Shown: positions 45,834-56,018, counted from the stretch's first letter. The stretch is DNA of 64,000 bases from Calditrichia bacterium (GCA_963777955.1 CAVZSQ010000013.1:512001-576000), one strand, 5' to 3'. Notes: generated by a model from the sequence alone, not told the origin. Translations and numbers: made by a program.

Positions 45834-47516
45834 TTATTTCTGCCCTGTTTCGCCCTTGACCAGCATGCGCCGTAATACCTTGCCGACCATCGTCTTGGGC
45901 AGCGAATCGCGGAACTCGACATGTTTCGGAACCTTGTACCCGGTCAGCCGCTCCCGGCAGTAGGCGCGCAGATTCTCAACGGTAACCTGATACCCCTCGC
46001 GTACCACGACCCACGCCTTGACCACCTCGCCCTGGTACTCGTCTTTCACTCCGGCTACGCTCACTTCAGCCACTGCCGGGTGTGTCGCGATCACCTCTTC
46101 CACCTCGCGCGGCCAGACCTGGAAGCCGGCCGGCTTGATCAGATCTTTCTTGCGGTCGACGATGAACAGGTATCCATCCTCATCCATGTAGCCCAGGTCA
46201 CCGGTATATACCCAGCCATCGCGAATCATATCCGCTGTTTCATCCGGATGTCCCCAGAAACCCACCATGATTTGCGGTGCACTGATACACACCTCGCCGA
46301 TCTTTCCCGGCGGGAGGATTTGCTCCCCCGTATCCAGGTCAACGATCCGCACGTCCACATCCGGAACGGGGATGCCGATCGAACCTTCTTTGTAGGTGCC
46401 GTGAACCGGGCAGACGACTGCCGCCAGCATAGTTTCGGTCATCCCGTACGCGTCAAGCAGCAACCCGCCGGTCAGTGCTTCGAACCGGCGCTTGGTCTCG
46501 GCCAGCAGCGGCGCCGCCCCGGCATAGCATACTTTCATCGACTTGAAGTCCACCTGACCGGCTTTTACCTTCGGGTGGTTGAGCAAGGCAATGAACAGCG
46601 TCGGCACACCATGCAATACGGCGGGGCGGACTTTAATAATCGTATCGATCAGGTCATCGATGTCGCGCGGGTTGGGAATGACAGCCATGGGCCAGCGTGC
46701 CACAAGTGACGTGTTCAGCGCCATGTTGCCGTATACGTGGAACATGGGCATCACCAGGGTGATGATATCGTCCCAGTCAGCCAGCGCCGTTCGCCCGTAA
46801 GCATGGAGCTGCATCGCCGACATTAACAGCCCGTGGTGCGTGCCGAGTGCTGCCTTGGGTGTACCGGTGGTGCCGCCGCTGAACAGGAGAATCGCCGGAT
46901 CGTCAAGCGCCAGGGCAACGGCCGGACGGGTTGCATCGGCATGCTGGCGCATCAGGTCGCGCCACCACAGGTCGCCCGCTTGCAGCCGAATACGGTGGCC
47001 TTCCTTCTTTTCCTTGGCCAGGGTAAACAGCAAACGCAGGTGCACCGGCAGGTACTCTTTGATGTTTGTCGCGATCACGCGGCGGAGCTGCGTGTGCGCC
47101 TGCAGCGACTTGACCTTATCATAAAAAAGCGTCAGAACGACGACCGTCTCTGCGCCGACCTCGTTGAGCGCAAGCTCCAGTTCGCGTGGTGTGTACAATG
47201 AGTTGATGGGTACGGCAATAGCGCCTGCTTTCCACACGCCTAATTGTGCGATAATGCTCTGCGGTGAGTTCGGCAGCAGCAGCGCCACGCGGTCGCCCTT
47301 CTTGACACCCTGCGCCACGAGCGCGGCACCGAACTCGTTAGTCAACTGTTCCAGGCGCGCGTACGACATTCGTGCTCCTTTGAAGATCAGCGCGGTGTGA
47401 TCCGGTCTTTGGCGCACGGTATCACTCAGCACGTCCAGTAAAGTGCACTCAGGGTATGGTCGCAGCGTATGCGGCAGACCCGCTTCATAATGCTTCAGCC
47501 AGGATTTCTCGCCCAT
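45834..47516 (-). CDS. Long-chain fatty acid-CoA ligase (AMP-binding)
   Basis: FSGGTTGTPK, YGMTE, TGDLG, DRKKD, LPKTMVGK; visibly GC-rich relative to the window. Confidence 0.92.
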   Translation of the reverse strand: MGEKSWLKHYEAGLPHTLRPYPECTLLDVLSDTVRQRPDHTALIFKGARMSYARLEQLTNEFGAALVAQGVKKGDRVALLLPNSPQSIIAQLGVWKAGAIAVPINSLYTPRELELALNEVGAETVVVLTLFYDKVKSLQAHTQLRRVIATNIKEYLPVHLRLLFTLAKEKKEGHRIRLQAGDLWWRDLMRQHADATRPAVALALDDPAILLFSGGTTGTPKAALGTHHGLLMSAMQLHAYGRTALADWDDIITLVMPMFHVYGNMALNTSLVARWPMAVIPNPRDIDDLIDTIIKVRPAVLHGVPTLFIALLNHPKVKAGQVDFKSMKVCYAGAAPLLAETKRRFEALTGGLLLDAYGMTETMLAAVVCPVHGTYKEGSIGIPVPDVDVRIVDLDTGEQILPPGKIGEVCISAPQIMVGFWGHPDETADMIRDGWVYTGDLGYMDEDGYLFIVDRKKDLIKPAGFQVWPREVEEVIATHPAVAEVSVAGVKDEYQGEVVKAWVVVREGYQVTVENLRAYCRERLTGYKVPKHVEFRDSLPKTMVGKVLRRMLVKGETGQK

Positions 47517-47639
47517 TTTAGTCCTTCCTGTTTCTTCCCTGTAAAACTTCGTGCAGGAATATTTCCTGCGAATATCAGCGGAGAATCACGATAATATAAA
47601 CTTATCTAAATAAAAAATCACCAAAAAGAGGTTTAATGC

Positions 47640-47708
47640 TGGCGGGGTGGATGGCGTCCCACAGAACGCTGCTGATCGTCAAATTCGTCCCGAAACAGTA
47701 AAGACGGC
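47640..47708 (-). repeat. tRNA-3'-end-like / att-like repeat, copy 1
   Basis: Minus strand ends GCCAT-CCACCCC-G-CCA; about 65 nt similar to copy 2. Confidence 0.65.
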
Positions 47709-47723
47709 ACCAGTCTTTAATCT

Positions 47724-48851
47724 TTAATTTTTTTCCAATCCTGTCAGTACAACATCAATCACCATCATCTCCGAATCCCCTGTAGTCCTGACCGGGGGCC
47801 CCCATAGTTGAATACCACTGGTGACAAATACATGGGTTTTATTTATTTTTTTATACCCCCAGCTCAATTCGTAAATCTTGTCCGCAATATAGTTAAAAGG
47901 AAATAATTGCCCGTTATGTGTATGACCGGATACAAGGATATCAGCACCGCTAGCGCTGATATTCTGCAAATCCGTAGGTCGATGGTCGAGTATTATTACC
48001 GGAAGCTTGTCCGGTAGATTACCCACCAGATCACTAACAGGTTTTCTTTTGTAAAAATGCTGATCATTTCTGCCCAGCAGTGCAAAAGCATGGTTTATAA
48101 TAATGGTTGTATCGGTTAAGACCGTAATGTGGGCATTTTTAAAGAAATCTGTTCTTTCCCCCCCATGATAAAATTCATGATTACCTAATGAAGCATAAAC
48201 ACCATATTTAGTCTGAATTTGACTGAATTGCCGTTCGAATTCTGCCACCTGTTCATCCTGGCGGTCCCCTTCCAGGATATCACCAGGTAATAACAGGATA
48301 TCCGCATTTAATGAATTTACCTTTTTAACAAAATCCGGCATTAAATGATCAGAAGTCAGTTCACGCAGATGAAAATCGGAGGCGAGCAAAATCCTTAAGT
48401 GCTGCAATGCTGATGAACGCCGCGGTATTTCGATCTGGTACCTGTTTACTTTTATATCCGCGTACTTGAACATTCCAAACACAACTACCATTGCAGGGAT
48501 AATCAACAGGATAAAAAATGTTACAATTTTCATTCTTGGAGTTTGTAATTTTTCGGGTGCAATAATTTTTAACATTCTATTGACCACAAGTAATAGATCG
48601 CGACCTAAAACACTCAGGAACAGATATAACAAGAAAGGTAATAGCAGATAACCTGAAAGGATTAAAGAGTTTCCTAATCCTGATACCCTGGAGTGAGCAA
48701 GTGTCTCAGTCAGTGGAAACAAGAATATTAATAACCAGAAGCCTATGGTGAAGATTATTTTGCTATGTTTATGATTAAAAAGGTTAAGAATTCGGATATA
48801 TACATATATACCGGGTAATAGATAGATAGCGAAAACGATTGTAATAAACAT
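47724..48851 (-). CDS. Membrane-anchored metallophosphoesterase (YkuE-like)
   Basis: SDFH, GDI, GNHE, DHRP, GHTHNGQ; four N-terminal TM helices. Confidence 0.9.
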   Translation of the reverse strand: MFITIVFAIYLLPGIYVYIRILNLFNHKHSKIIFTIGFWLLIFLFPLTETLAHSRVSGLGNSLILSGYLLLPFLLYLFLSVLGRDLLLVVNRMLKIIAPEKLQTPRMKIVTFFILLIIPAMVVVFGMFKYADIKVNRYQIEIPRRSSALQHLRILLASDFHLRELTSDHLMPDFVKKVNSLNADILLLPGDILEGDRQDEQVAEFERQFSQIQTKYGVYASLGNHEFYHGGERTDFFKNAHITVLTDTTIIINHAFALLGRNDQHFYKRKPVSDLVGNLPDKLPVIILDHRPTDLQNISASGADILVSGHTHNGQLFPFNYIADKIYELSWGYKKINKTHVFVTSGIQLWGPPVRTTGDSEMMVIDVVLTGLEKN

Positions 48852-48950
48852 ATCCCCCCACGAATTTTTAATCGCAAGTAAAATGATTTTTAAATCTAAT
48901 GATTAAGATTTTTTTATGCAATCACTGAAGTAAGGTGAGATTTAATTTTA

Positions 48951-49016
48951 GCGGGGTGGATGGGGGTCCAACAGAGCCCTGATAACCATCACTGGCCTGA
49001 AAACAGAAAGACCGGC
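48951..49016 (-). repeat. tRNA-3'-end-like / att-like repeat, copy 2
   Basis: gcggggtggatgggggtccaacagagccctgataaccatc...aaacagaaagaccggc. Confidence 0.65.
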
Positions 49017-49033
49017 GACGATGACTTGCTATC

Positions 49034-49106
49034 TGACCCTCCCCATTCATCCCCTCCCTTTTAGCACTTCTTCGTGCTAAAAGGGAGGGGACAGAGGGGT
49101 GGGTTA
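49034..49106. repeat. Palindromic REP-like element just after a T9SS-CTD gene
   Basis: tcccctcccttttagcac-ttcttc-gtgctaaaagggagggga with outer arms tgaccctcccc / ggggtgggtta. Confidence 0.8.
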
Positions 49107-49107
49107 T

Positions 49108-51372
49108 TCATCTCAACAAAATAAGTTTCTTCGTTTCTGCATGACTCCCTGCTTGTAACCGGTACAGATATACCCCGCTGGCTAAACCCGCTGCATTCCA
49201 ATCGACTTCATGCCTTCCAGCAATTAGATTTTCATTTAATAACGAAGCCACCTGCTGTCCCAACTGGTTATAAATCCGCAGGGTAACATAATTGGAATTT
49301 GGAATTTGGAATTTGATAGTGGTGCTTGGATTGAACGGATTTGGAAAATTCTGTTCCATACCAAAGTCCTGCGGCGGAATTGCTGAATCCGCAGGTTTTA
49401 TCGCAGTGTCGATGGTATCCCCTTCGGCGCTGAAATAAAACTTTAACAGCTGGAACAACTTGCCGGCTTCGCTGCCGGTGAATTTCAAATAGACATCGTG
49501 CCGTCCGGAAGCGGGTTTTACCTCTGCAGAAAAGGTTTGAAATGTTGTCAAGCCGCCGGTATTGCCGATGGAACACTCGGCAATTTTATCGCCGGTCTCC
49601 AGTGAATCGAGCCACACTTCGACATTGCCGCCGGTGGTGGCGCTGGAGGCGATGATCTTCAGCGAATCCGGTATCTTGTCATATTCCTCATTACCTCCAA
49701 ATTCAACGCCGGCATACATCGCCCAATCATTCACGTGGATGTTATCCAGTACATATCCCTGGCGGGTATAGGTCCTGGAGTTGCCGTTCTGGTTGGCATA
49801 ACCTTCACCGGCAATCGGCGAATAAGCATCGCGGTAGATATAAAGGTCGAAATCAGCCGGACTGCCCTTGACGTATAACCCCTGCCTGTTACCGGTAAAG
49901 GCATTATATTCCGACTGCTGAACATCCATGGTGGAAACATTTATGGATTTTCCGACTCGGGTCCAGTAACGGCCGTCGGCGCTGAAATAACCGGTCAGAA
50001 CATGGTTGGATCGCAATAGTTTTAACCAGACAATATTACCGCTGGTGTTTTCGGCCTCGTAATACGTTTTATCAAAACTGAAACAAATGACTTTTGTACC
50101 ACCGGTGTTCAGTGAACTATAAAGTTTGGCATAGAGAGTTTGTAAACCGGTCATGATACGCAGCCCGGCTTCATCGCTGGTTGCTTTAGGATCAAAATCG
50201 AGTCTGGTAATAAGAGCATAGTTATGTTCGGCATCACTTTTGATGATGGTGTTATGCTGGTTTTTGGGCGATAATCTTATCCAGCCGGGACGGTCGGTCA
50301 GCGAGTATGGACTGAGCGGAGAATAGCCTAACAACCTCCATTCGGGATTTAATTTATCCGAACTGAAAAAGTCCGATTTGGGCACCATCCAGGGGATGCC
50401 GCTGCTGGGCAATTGGGGCGCCTGCCTCGGTTCATTGATCGGAAAATCGGCAACCGGTTTACCGGTGGTGTCATAGCGCACCTGGCTCACCAGGCCCTGG
50501 CGACCCAGACCTTGCCATTCACTGATTCCATATGATTGATAAATCACCCACCAGGTACTGTCGTCGGCCATGACAGCAGGTGAACAGTGATTGGGCAAAC
50601 TGTACAGGGAGGTAGCTTTTTTGGGATCCTCTTCATTGAAGAAATTACCGAGGTATTCCCAGGCGAAGTCTGTCTGCGTAAGTGTTGCGCTTCTCATTAC
50701 CCGCTGTGTGGCATAGATGTGAATGGCGAAACTATAATAATAATAACCTTTGTGTTTCCACATCACCGGACCTTCGGCCCAGCTGTAGGGATAGTCAGGC
50801 GCCGGATTGATCCAGCATAAATTATAAATTGCGCCGGCGGGCTGCCCGTTACTGCCCAATTGCAGGATCCAGTTATTGGATTGGCCGTTTTTGACCAGCA
50901 GATACCAACTTCCGTCGTCATCGATAAAAATGGAGTTATCCATGCCGAGTCCCGGCACACTTTGCGGACAGGTCATCGCCACCGGCGAACTCCAGGGACC
51001 TGCAGGACTGTCTGCCGTTACGAAATACATGGTTCCGGCATGGCCGAAGAAATGCCAGTATTTGTTATCATAAAAAACCAGATGGCCTCCCCAGCACCCC
51101 GAGGTCGGGGTGGTTCCAAACAGTGACCAGCTATTACTCACCGGCTGGGAAACCGCTTCCCAGTGAATAAGATCGGTCGAATGGTAAATAATCGGCGTAG
51201 TGGCGAATGATGAACCGGTGGTGTAATAGTCATTTCCGAATTTGGATAAGGTACAATCCGGATGATCGCCCGGAATGACCGGATTCATATAAGTCGTAAA
51301 CGACGGCGATTGTCCGTACCCATAACTCCATATGAATAGACAAAAACAAAATAGTATATATAATCTTTTCAT
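49108..51372 (-). CDS. Secreted GH43 glycoside hydrolase + beta-sandwich + CBM6-like + T9SS CTD
   Basis: NPVIPGDHPDC, GMDNSIFIDDDG, WAEGP, GRHDVYLKF, MEQNFPNPFNP. Confidence 0.85.
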   Translation of the reverse strand: MKRLYILFCFCLFIWSYGYGQSPSFTTYMNPVIPGDHPDCTLSKFGNDYYTTGSSFATTPIIYHSTDLIHWEAVSQPVSNSWSLFGTTPTSGCWGGHLVFYDNKYWHFFGHAGTMYFVTADSPAGPWSSPVAMTCPQSVPGLGMDNSIFIDDDGSWYLLVKNGQSNNWILQLGSNGQPAGAIYNLCWINPAPDYPYSWAEGPVMWKHKGYYYYSFAIHIYATQRVMRSATLTQTDFAWEYLGNFFNEEDPKKATSLYSLPNHCSPAVMADDSTWWVIYQSYGISEWQGLGRQGLVSQVRYDTTGKPVADFPINEPRQAPQLPSSGIPWMVPKSDFFSSDKLNPEWRLLGYSPLSPYSLTDRPGWIRLSPKNQHNTIIKSDAEHNYALITRLDFDPKATSDEAGLRIMTGLQTLYAKLYSSLNTGGTKVICFSFDKTYYEAENTSGNIVWLKLLRSNHVLTGYFSADGRYWTRVGKSINVSTMDVQQSEYNAFTGNRQGLYVKGSPADFDLYIYRDAYSPIAGEGYANQNGNSRTYTRQGYVLDNIHVNDWAMYAGVEFGGNEEYDKIPDSLKIIASSATTGGNVEVWLDSLETGDKIAECSIGNTGGLTTFQTFSAEVKPASGRHDVYLKFTGSEAGKLFQLLKFYFSAEGDTIDTAIKPADSAIPPQDFGMEQNFPNPFNPSTTIKFQIPNSNYVTLRIYNQLGQQVASLLNENLIAGRHEVDWNAAGLASGVYLYRLQAGSHAETKKLILLR

Positions 51373-51424
51373 AAATTTTCCTCCTGGAGGATTTTCTACT
51401 CAACTATGTGTTCAAAATATAATA

Positions 51425-53286
51425 CTATTTTATTAAAATAAATTTTTTTGTATCTGCAAAATTACTTGTGCGCAGCCGATAGAAATAAATGCCGCTACTC
51501 AAACCTGATCCATTCCATTCCACCTGATGCATACCTTCATTTAAATATTCGTCAAGTACGACGGCCTCTTTTTGTCCGCGCAGATTATATATTTCCAGGG
51601 TGACAAAATTGGAATTTGGAATTTGGAATTTTATCATGGTGCTTGGATTGAATGGATTCGGATAATTTTGTCCCAGGAAAAAGTCGCGGGGCATTTGGTT
51701 TAAAGAATGGTCATCATCAGGACCCATTCCGGTGGGCGTACCGGCGAATATTCTGAACCAGTCGAAATCGACATATCCTCCGGTGGCTATGGTTGCATAA
51801 TTAAACAGACAAAATTTATTCCCGGTAAAAATTGAAAGATTGAATTGCATTGAAAGGTCATTGCCAATCTTGATGAACGATTTATTATCAAGACTATAGG
51901 CGAACGAAACCCTGCTTGTGCCATAATTAGCCTGTGCCCGTAAATATAGTGTTAAAGAATCAACCAAAGCAGAATCAATTGCGGTGCCGTTGTTAATCAT
52001 TACGACATACCTGACATCCCCCATTTTTTTGATACCGATATATGCATATGGATTCTGAAACACCGCCAGCCCCGCCACATCGCCATTTTGCATATTAGCG
52101 GTATTAATTTGAATTGTAGCAGTTGTCGGCAAAGTTCTAGTGTAGTAAGCAAAAATTCTTTGGGTAAGGGTATTGCGGGCATCACGCAAATTAGATACGA
52201 TTTTGGCGGTTTTCAGCCTCAAGTGTCCCGGATTCTCCGTCAGCGACCATTTGGTTGAATCCGGATTATGGTTCCAACCCCATTGCAGGCCTAACCTGGT
52301 ACTATCAAATTCATCAGAAGTGGGTAATACAGTAATCGGATACTCGTTTACCCACGTTTGGCTTGGTATGCGTGATAACACCTTTTCCGTCGACGCCAAC
52401 CATCGGCCAATCATCCTGCCAGGTAACCGGCTGTAAGGAGGGAAACCGTCCAAACGCTCCGCCATCCTGAAAAATGATCGACCACCATTCACCCGTTTGA
52501 GTTTCTATCAGCGCTCCCTGGTGCAAGCCCGTGCCCAGATATCGAATCGTCCCTGATAACGATCATTTCATCATAGGGGCCGTATATATTATCTGAACGC
52601 AGGGCCACCTGAAATCCGTCCCGGCCTCCGTAAGTGCAATATAAATAGTAGTAACCATTAATTTTATATACATGGCTGCCTTCAAGACCGGCCCGGATAT
52701 CCCCGGTGAAAACTAAAACATCGCTGCCTTTAGCAGTAAAATTTGTATCTAATTCAGTAATAGAGATGTTGCCGTATCCGTGGGCGACATAGATCCTGCC
52801 GTCATCGTCAAAAAACAAGCCAGGATCATAAAATCCCCTGGGCAATTTTCTTATTTTCCAGGGTCCTTCGGGTTTTGTTGCCGTGCATATAAATCCACCT
52901 TCGTCGAGTGTAATGAATAATAAATAATACTTGCCATTTTTGTATTTTAAACTGGTGGCCCACTGCCCGTGAGAGTACCTGTTACAACCGTCAAGATTGT
53001 AGCAGGGACTAAAATCCATCCGCTGTACGGCGTTACAGCAATATTCCCAGTTTACCAGGTCGTACGATTTTAGTATGGTAACTCCCGGGAAAATGAACAT
53101 GGTTGTTGAAACCATGTAATAGGTAGAATCCACCCGGATTACATCAGGATCGGGAAAATCAGAATAAATTACCGGATTGGTATACGTTCCGTCCCCATTA
53201 TCGCTTTGAGTTTTCTGCGCAGAAAGAGGGCACGAAAAGTAAAATATAAAATTAATACAAAAAAAAACAAAGATATATCTTTTCAC
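51425..53286 (-). CDS. Secreted GH43 beta-xylosidase-like enzyme + T9SS CTD (frameshift near 52530)
   Basis: NPVIYSDFPDPDVIR, YDPGLFFDDDG, LEGSH, HQGAL, LQWGWNHNP, LGQNYPNPFNP. Confidence 0.87.
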
Positions 53287-53403
53287 ATTGCTGCCCTGCT
53301 TTATGTGTATTAGTAACCGTTTTTTCTCGTTAGTGCGGGTGGCGGGTGAATCTACAGTGCACCTGACTCTTAACGGGCAGGCATGATTGTCAGTACGCTG
53401 CAT

Positions 53404-54436
53404 TTATTTTAATAACATCATCTTCCTGGTCAGGATTCCGTTATCGGTGACCATCCTGTAAATATATACTCCCGTACTCAGGTTAGTACCGTTAAACTGA
53501 ACACTGTGCCGGCCTGCTGACATATAATCATTTAGAAGCGTGATTATTTCGCGCCCATATAAATCGAAAACTTTGAGATTGACTTTGGACTTATTGGATA
53601 ATTCAAAAACAATATTCGTTGTTGGATTGAATGGATTGGGATAATTTTGCCTTAAGCGATATTTCCCCGGCAGAGTAGTTGTTTCTTGCTCAACATCAGT
53701 ACCGCTGCCTTCGTTAAATAGAAAAAGAACTTCGTCTGCAGTCAGAACCCGGTTGTAGATACTACATTTGGGTATCTCACCAGTCCAGGCGGCATCGCCA
53801 GTATACCCGCCCTTGCCCAGATAAGCAGAGTCCACGCTGACGAGGGAAATGTTATTATTAGCAGCCAGAGTATTAGTGTCAACCGGCGCACCGTCAATGT
53901 ACAGGGTTATATTAACCGGATCAATGGTGCATGCCATATGATGAAGTTCCCCGTCATCCAGTTCGGGACCGTCCACACCTGTTTCGGCGTTCCAGGGACT
54001 GCTTGAATAATCACCGCAGGCAATGGCGGCGCGGCATTTATTATCACCTCTGGCCGGGCTGAAAAAGATGCAATCAACACCTAAGCCATTATTGGTTTTA
54101 CCAAAATAAACCAGCATATGATAATTGGGATTACCGCTGGCAAAGGGCATGAACCAGGCTGAAATGGTAACTTCGTCATATGTATTTATTGAAATTGTCG
54201 CGGCAGGCAATTCCAGGTAGGAACCGACGGCTGCCAACAGCAGCGATCCATCGACGATCTCGGCACTCCCCTTTAACGTACCATTGGCACCGCCGATGTA
54301 ATCATTGGCGCTACCGTCATCGAACGTCCAGGAATGAGTCAGGTTTTCGAGTGCCCGGATCAACCTGAGCGTTTAAATTGGTAATTAGGACCAGAACGGA
54401 AACAAAGAACAAAAAATAATGTAATTTTTTATACAT
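53404..54436 (-). CDS. Secreted LamG/ConA-like jelly-roll protein + T9SS CTD (frameshift near 54350)
   Basis: Signal peptide from ATG 54436; HSWTFDDG, LHHMAC, IYNRVLT, LRQNYPNPFNP. Confidence 0.8.
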
Positions 54437-54557
54437 ATTTCTTCTCCTTAAAATAATTTGTTTAATTATAAAATTTATCAAGCAAATATAGATAGTAGCA
54501 AGATCAAGTGGTAGCCATTTAATGCTAATAATTCACCAAATAGCGCAGGGAGTAATC

Positions 54558-55698
54558 TCAATGCGGTTTATGAAGTTTACGGAATTCGCGCAGGCCGATT
54601 CCCTTTTGTTTCTTGAAAAATCTTGAAATATGTTCGACATCCGTGAAATTAAAAAGGGCTGTTATTTGTGAAATGGGCAGGTTGGTTTCAATCAGCATTT
54701 TTGATATCAATTCGACGCGCACCAGCTGAATTTCATTATAGATGGATCTGTGAACAGTCCTTTGAAATCTTTTCTCCAGCGTTCGCCTGCTGATTCTCGT
54801 CGTACCAACTATATCTTTCACCAGAATTTTATTTCTGGCATTGTTCTTGATGTATTTAATTGCCGACGCAACTTCGCTGTCATCTACGGCCAGGATGTCG
54901 GAAGACTGTCTCTGAACAATATGGCTCGGCCTGACCATTATCTGTTTTCCCGCAATCTTTTTTTTCATGATTAAGCGATCCAATAATTTCGCAGCCTCAA
55001 AACCGGCCGACTCGACATTCAAGGCGATGCTGGTCAGGGGCGGATCTTCCAATTCACAAATCATCGGATCGTTATCGACACCCAGCACGGCAACTTCTTC
55101 CGGAACTTTGAGATTGATTAATTTGCATACCTCCAGCACGTGTTGCCCGCGATCGTCGTTGCAGGCAAATATGCCGACAGGTTTTGGCAAATCTTTAATC
55201 CAGGTGCACATCTGTTGCTGTTCATTCTCCCAATCCTGACGCCGTTTATTCTCGGCCGACACATAATTGTGGGTTTTCAAACCGGCTTTAAGATTAAATT
55301 TTTTAAAATAATTTTTGCGCTCTTCCGACCAATCATATTGATCGAAACCGCAGAAGGCCAGGTGTTTAAACCCTTTTTCGATAAAATGATCGCTGGCCAT
55401 TCTGGCAATTACTGTAGAATCTGTTTTAATTATCGGCAAATCTTTGGGGTATGAGGAATTATGAATAACCAATATGGTGGGAACTTTTAGCCGCAGTAAT
55501 TCCTTGCTGATCAGGGAATCGCGCATGATAATTCCGTCTGGTTTCCAGCTGGTCAAATGAGGAATTGATGATTTCAGATCAATAAGCTTCTTTGAAAAAA
55601 GTCCATGGCCCGTAAAGTTTCGAGTACCGGGCAATACCGATAATTAATTGCCTGCCAAAGGCGCGTGAAGTTTCTAAAAGCAAAACAATTTTTTTCAT
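54558..55698 (-). CDS. XylR-type regulator (periplasmic-binding fold + AraC), frameshift near 55585
   Basis: MKKIVLLLETSRAFGRQLIIGIARY, GIFACND, VAVLGVDND, SRRTLEKRF, SRFFKK. Confidence 0.87.
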
Positions 55699-55935
55699 AT
55701 CTATTTTCTGCGGAGAAAGAATATTTGACAGCTATTAAAACCTGTCCCTATGAATTATCACTGCAGCATTAATTCAGCCTTTCGCACATTCTGCCATTGA
55801 AAAGTAGATGTCTTCCTTTATGCTCTGATTCAATCCGATCTTTAACCTGCCCCCCTACGAGGATCCAATTTAATATATTGGAAGTCATCAAGAAAGGGAA
55901 GATATGAGTAAACAGAAGTACAATCTTGAAAAGAC

Positions 55936-55956
55936 AAAAAAACTCCTTCAAAGGAG
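55936..55956 (-). terminator. Rho-independent terminator just downstream of tRNA-like copy 3
   Basis: Minus strand CTCCT-TTGA-AGGAG-TTTTTTT. Confidence 0.6.
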
Positions 55957-55967
55957 GTCTTCGACCT

Positions 55968-55992
55968 GCGGGGTGGATGGGGTCCCACTGGG
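55968..55992 (-). repeat. tRNA-3'-end-like / att-like repeat, copy 3
   Basis: gcggggtggatggggtcccactggg; minus strand CCCAT-CCACCCC-G-C. Confidence 0.65.
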
Positions 55993-55993
55993 A

Positions 55994-56018
55994 AATTCAA
56001 TTATTATTTAATTGAATT
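55994..56018. promoter_or_regulatory. 10-bp inverted repeat upstream of the RND operon (possible operator)
   Basis: aattcaatta-ttatt-taattgaatt. Confidence 0.35.

Noticed and set aside
45921..47400. Long + strand ORFs opposite the acyl-CoA ligase, and similar antisense ORFs elsewhere
   Set aside because: Shadow ORFs expected from GC-rich codon usage; no motifs or RBS.
47642..47708. Resemblance of repeat copies 1 and 2 to a fluoride riboswitch (GATGG..GT..C, AACGC, GCTGAT) or a hammerhead core (CTGA..GAAAC)
   Set aside because: The pseudoknot partner and the CTGATGA core with flanking stems are missing; on the + strand the copies are antisense to the neighbouring genes; no fluoride-related gene follows.
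55769..56016. Short ORFs around att-like copy 3 (55769..55951 minus; MSKQKYN..AGWMGSHWE plus) as a recombinase remnant
   Set aside because: No recognisable catalytic or domain motif; multiple stops; too short to support a call.
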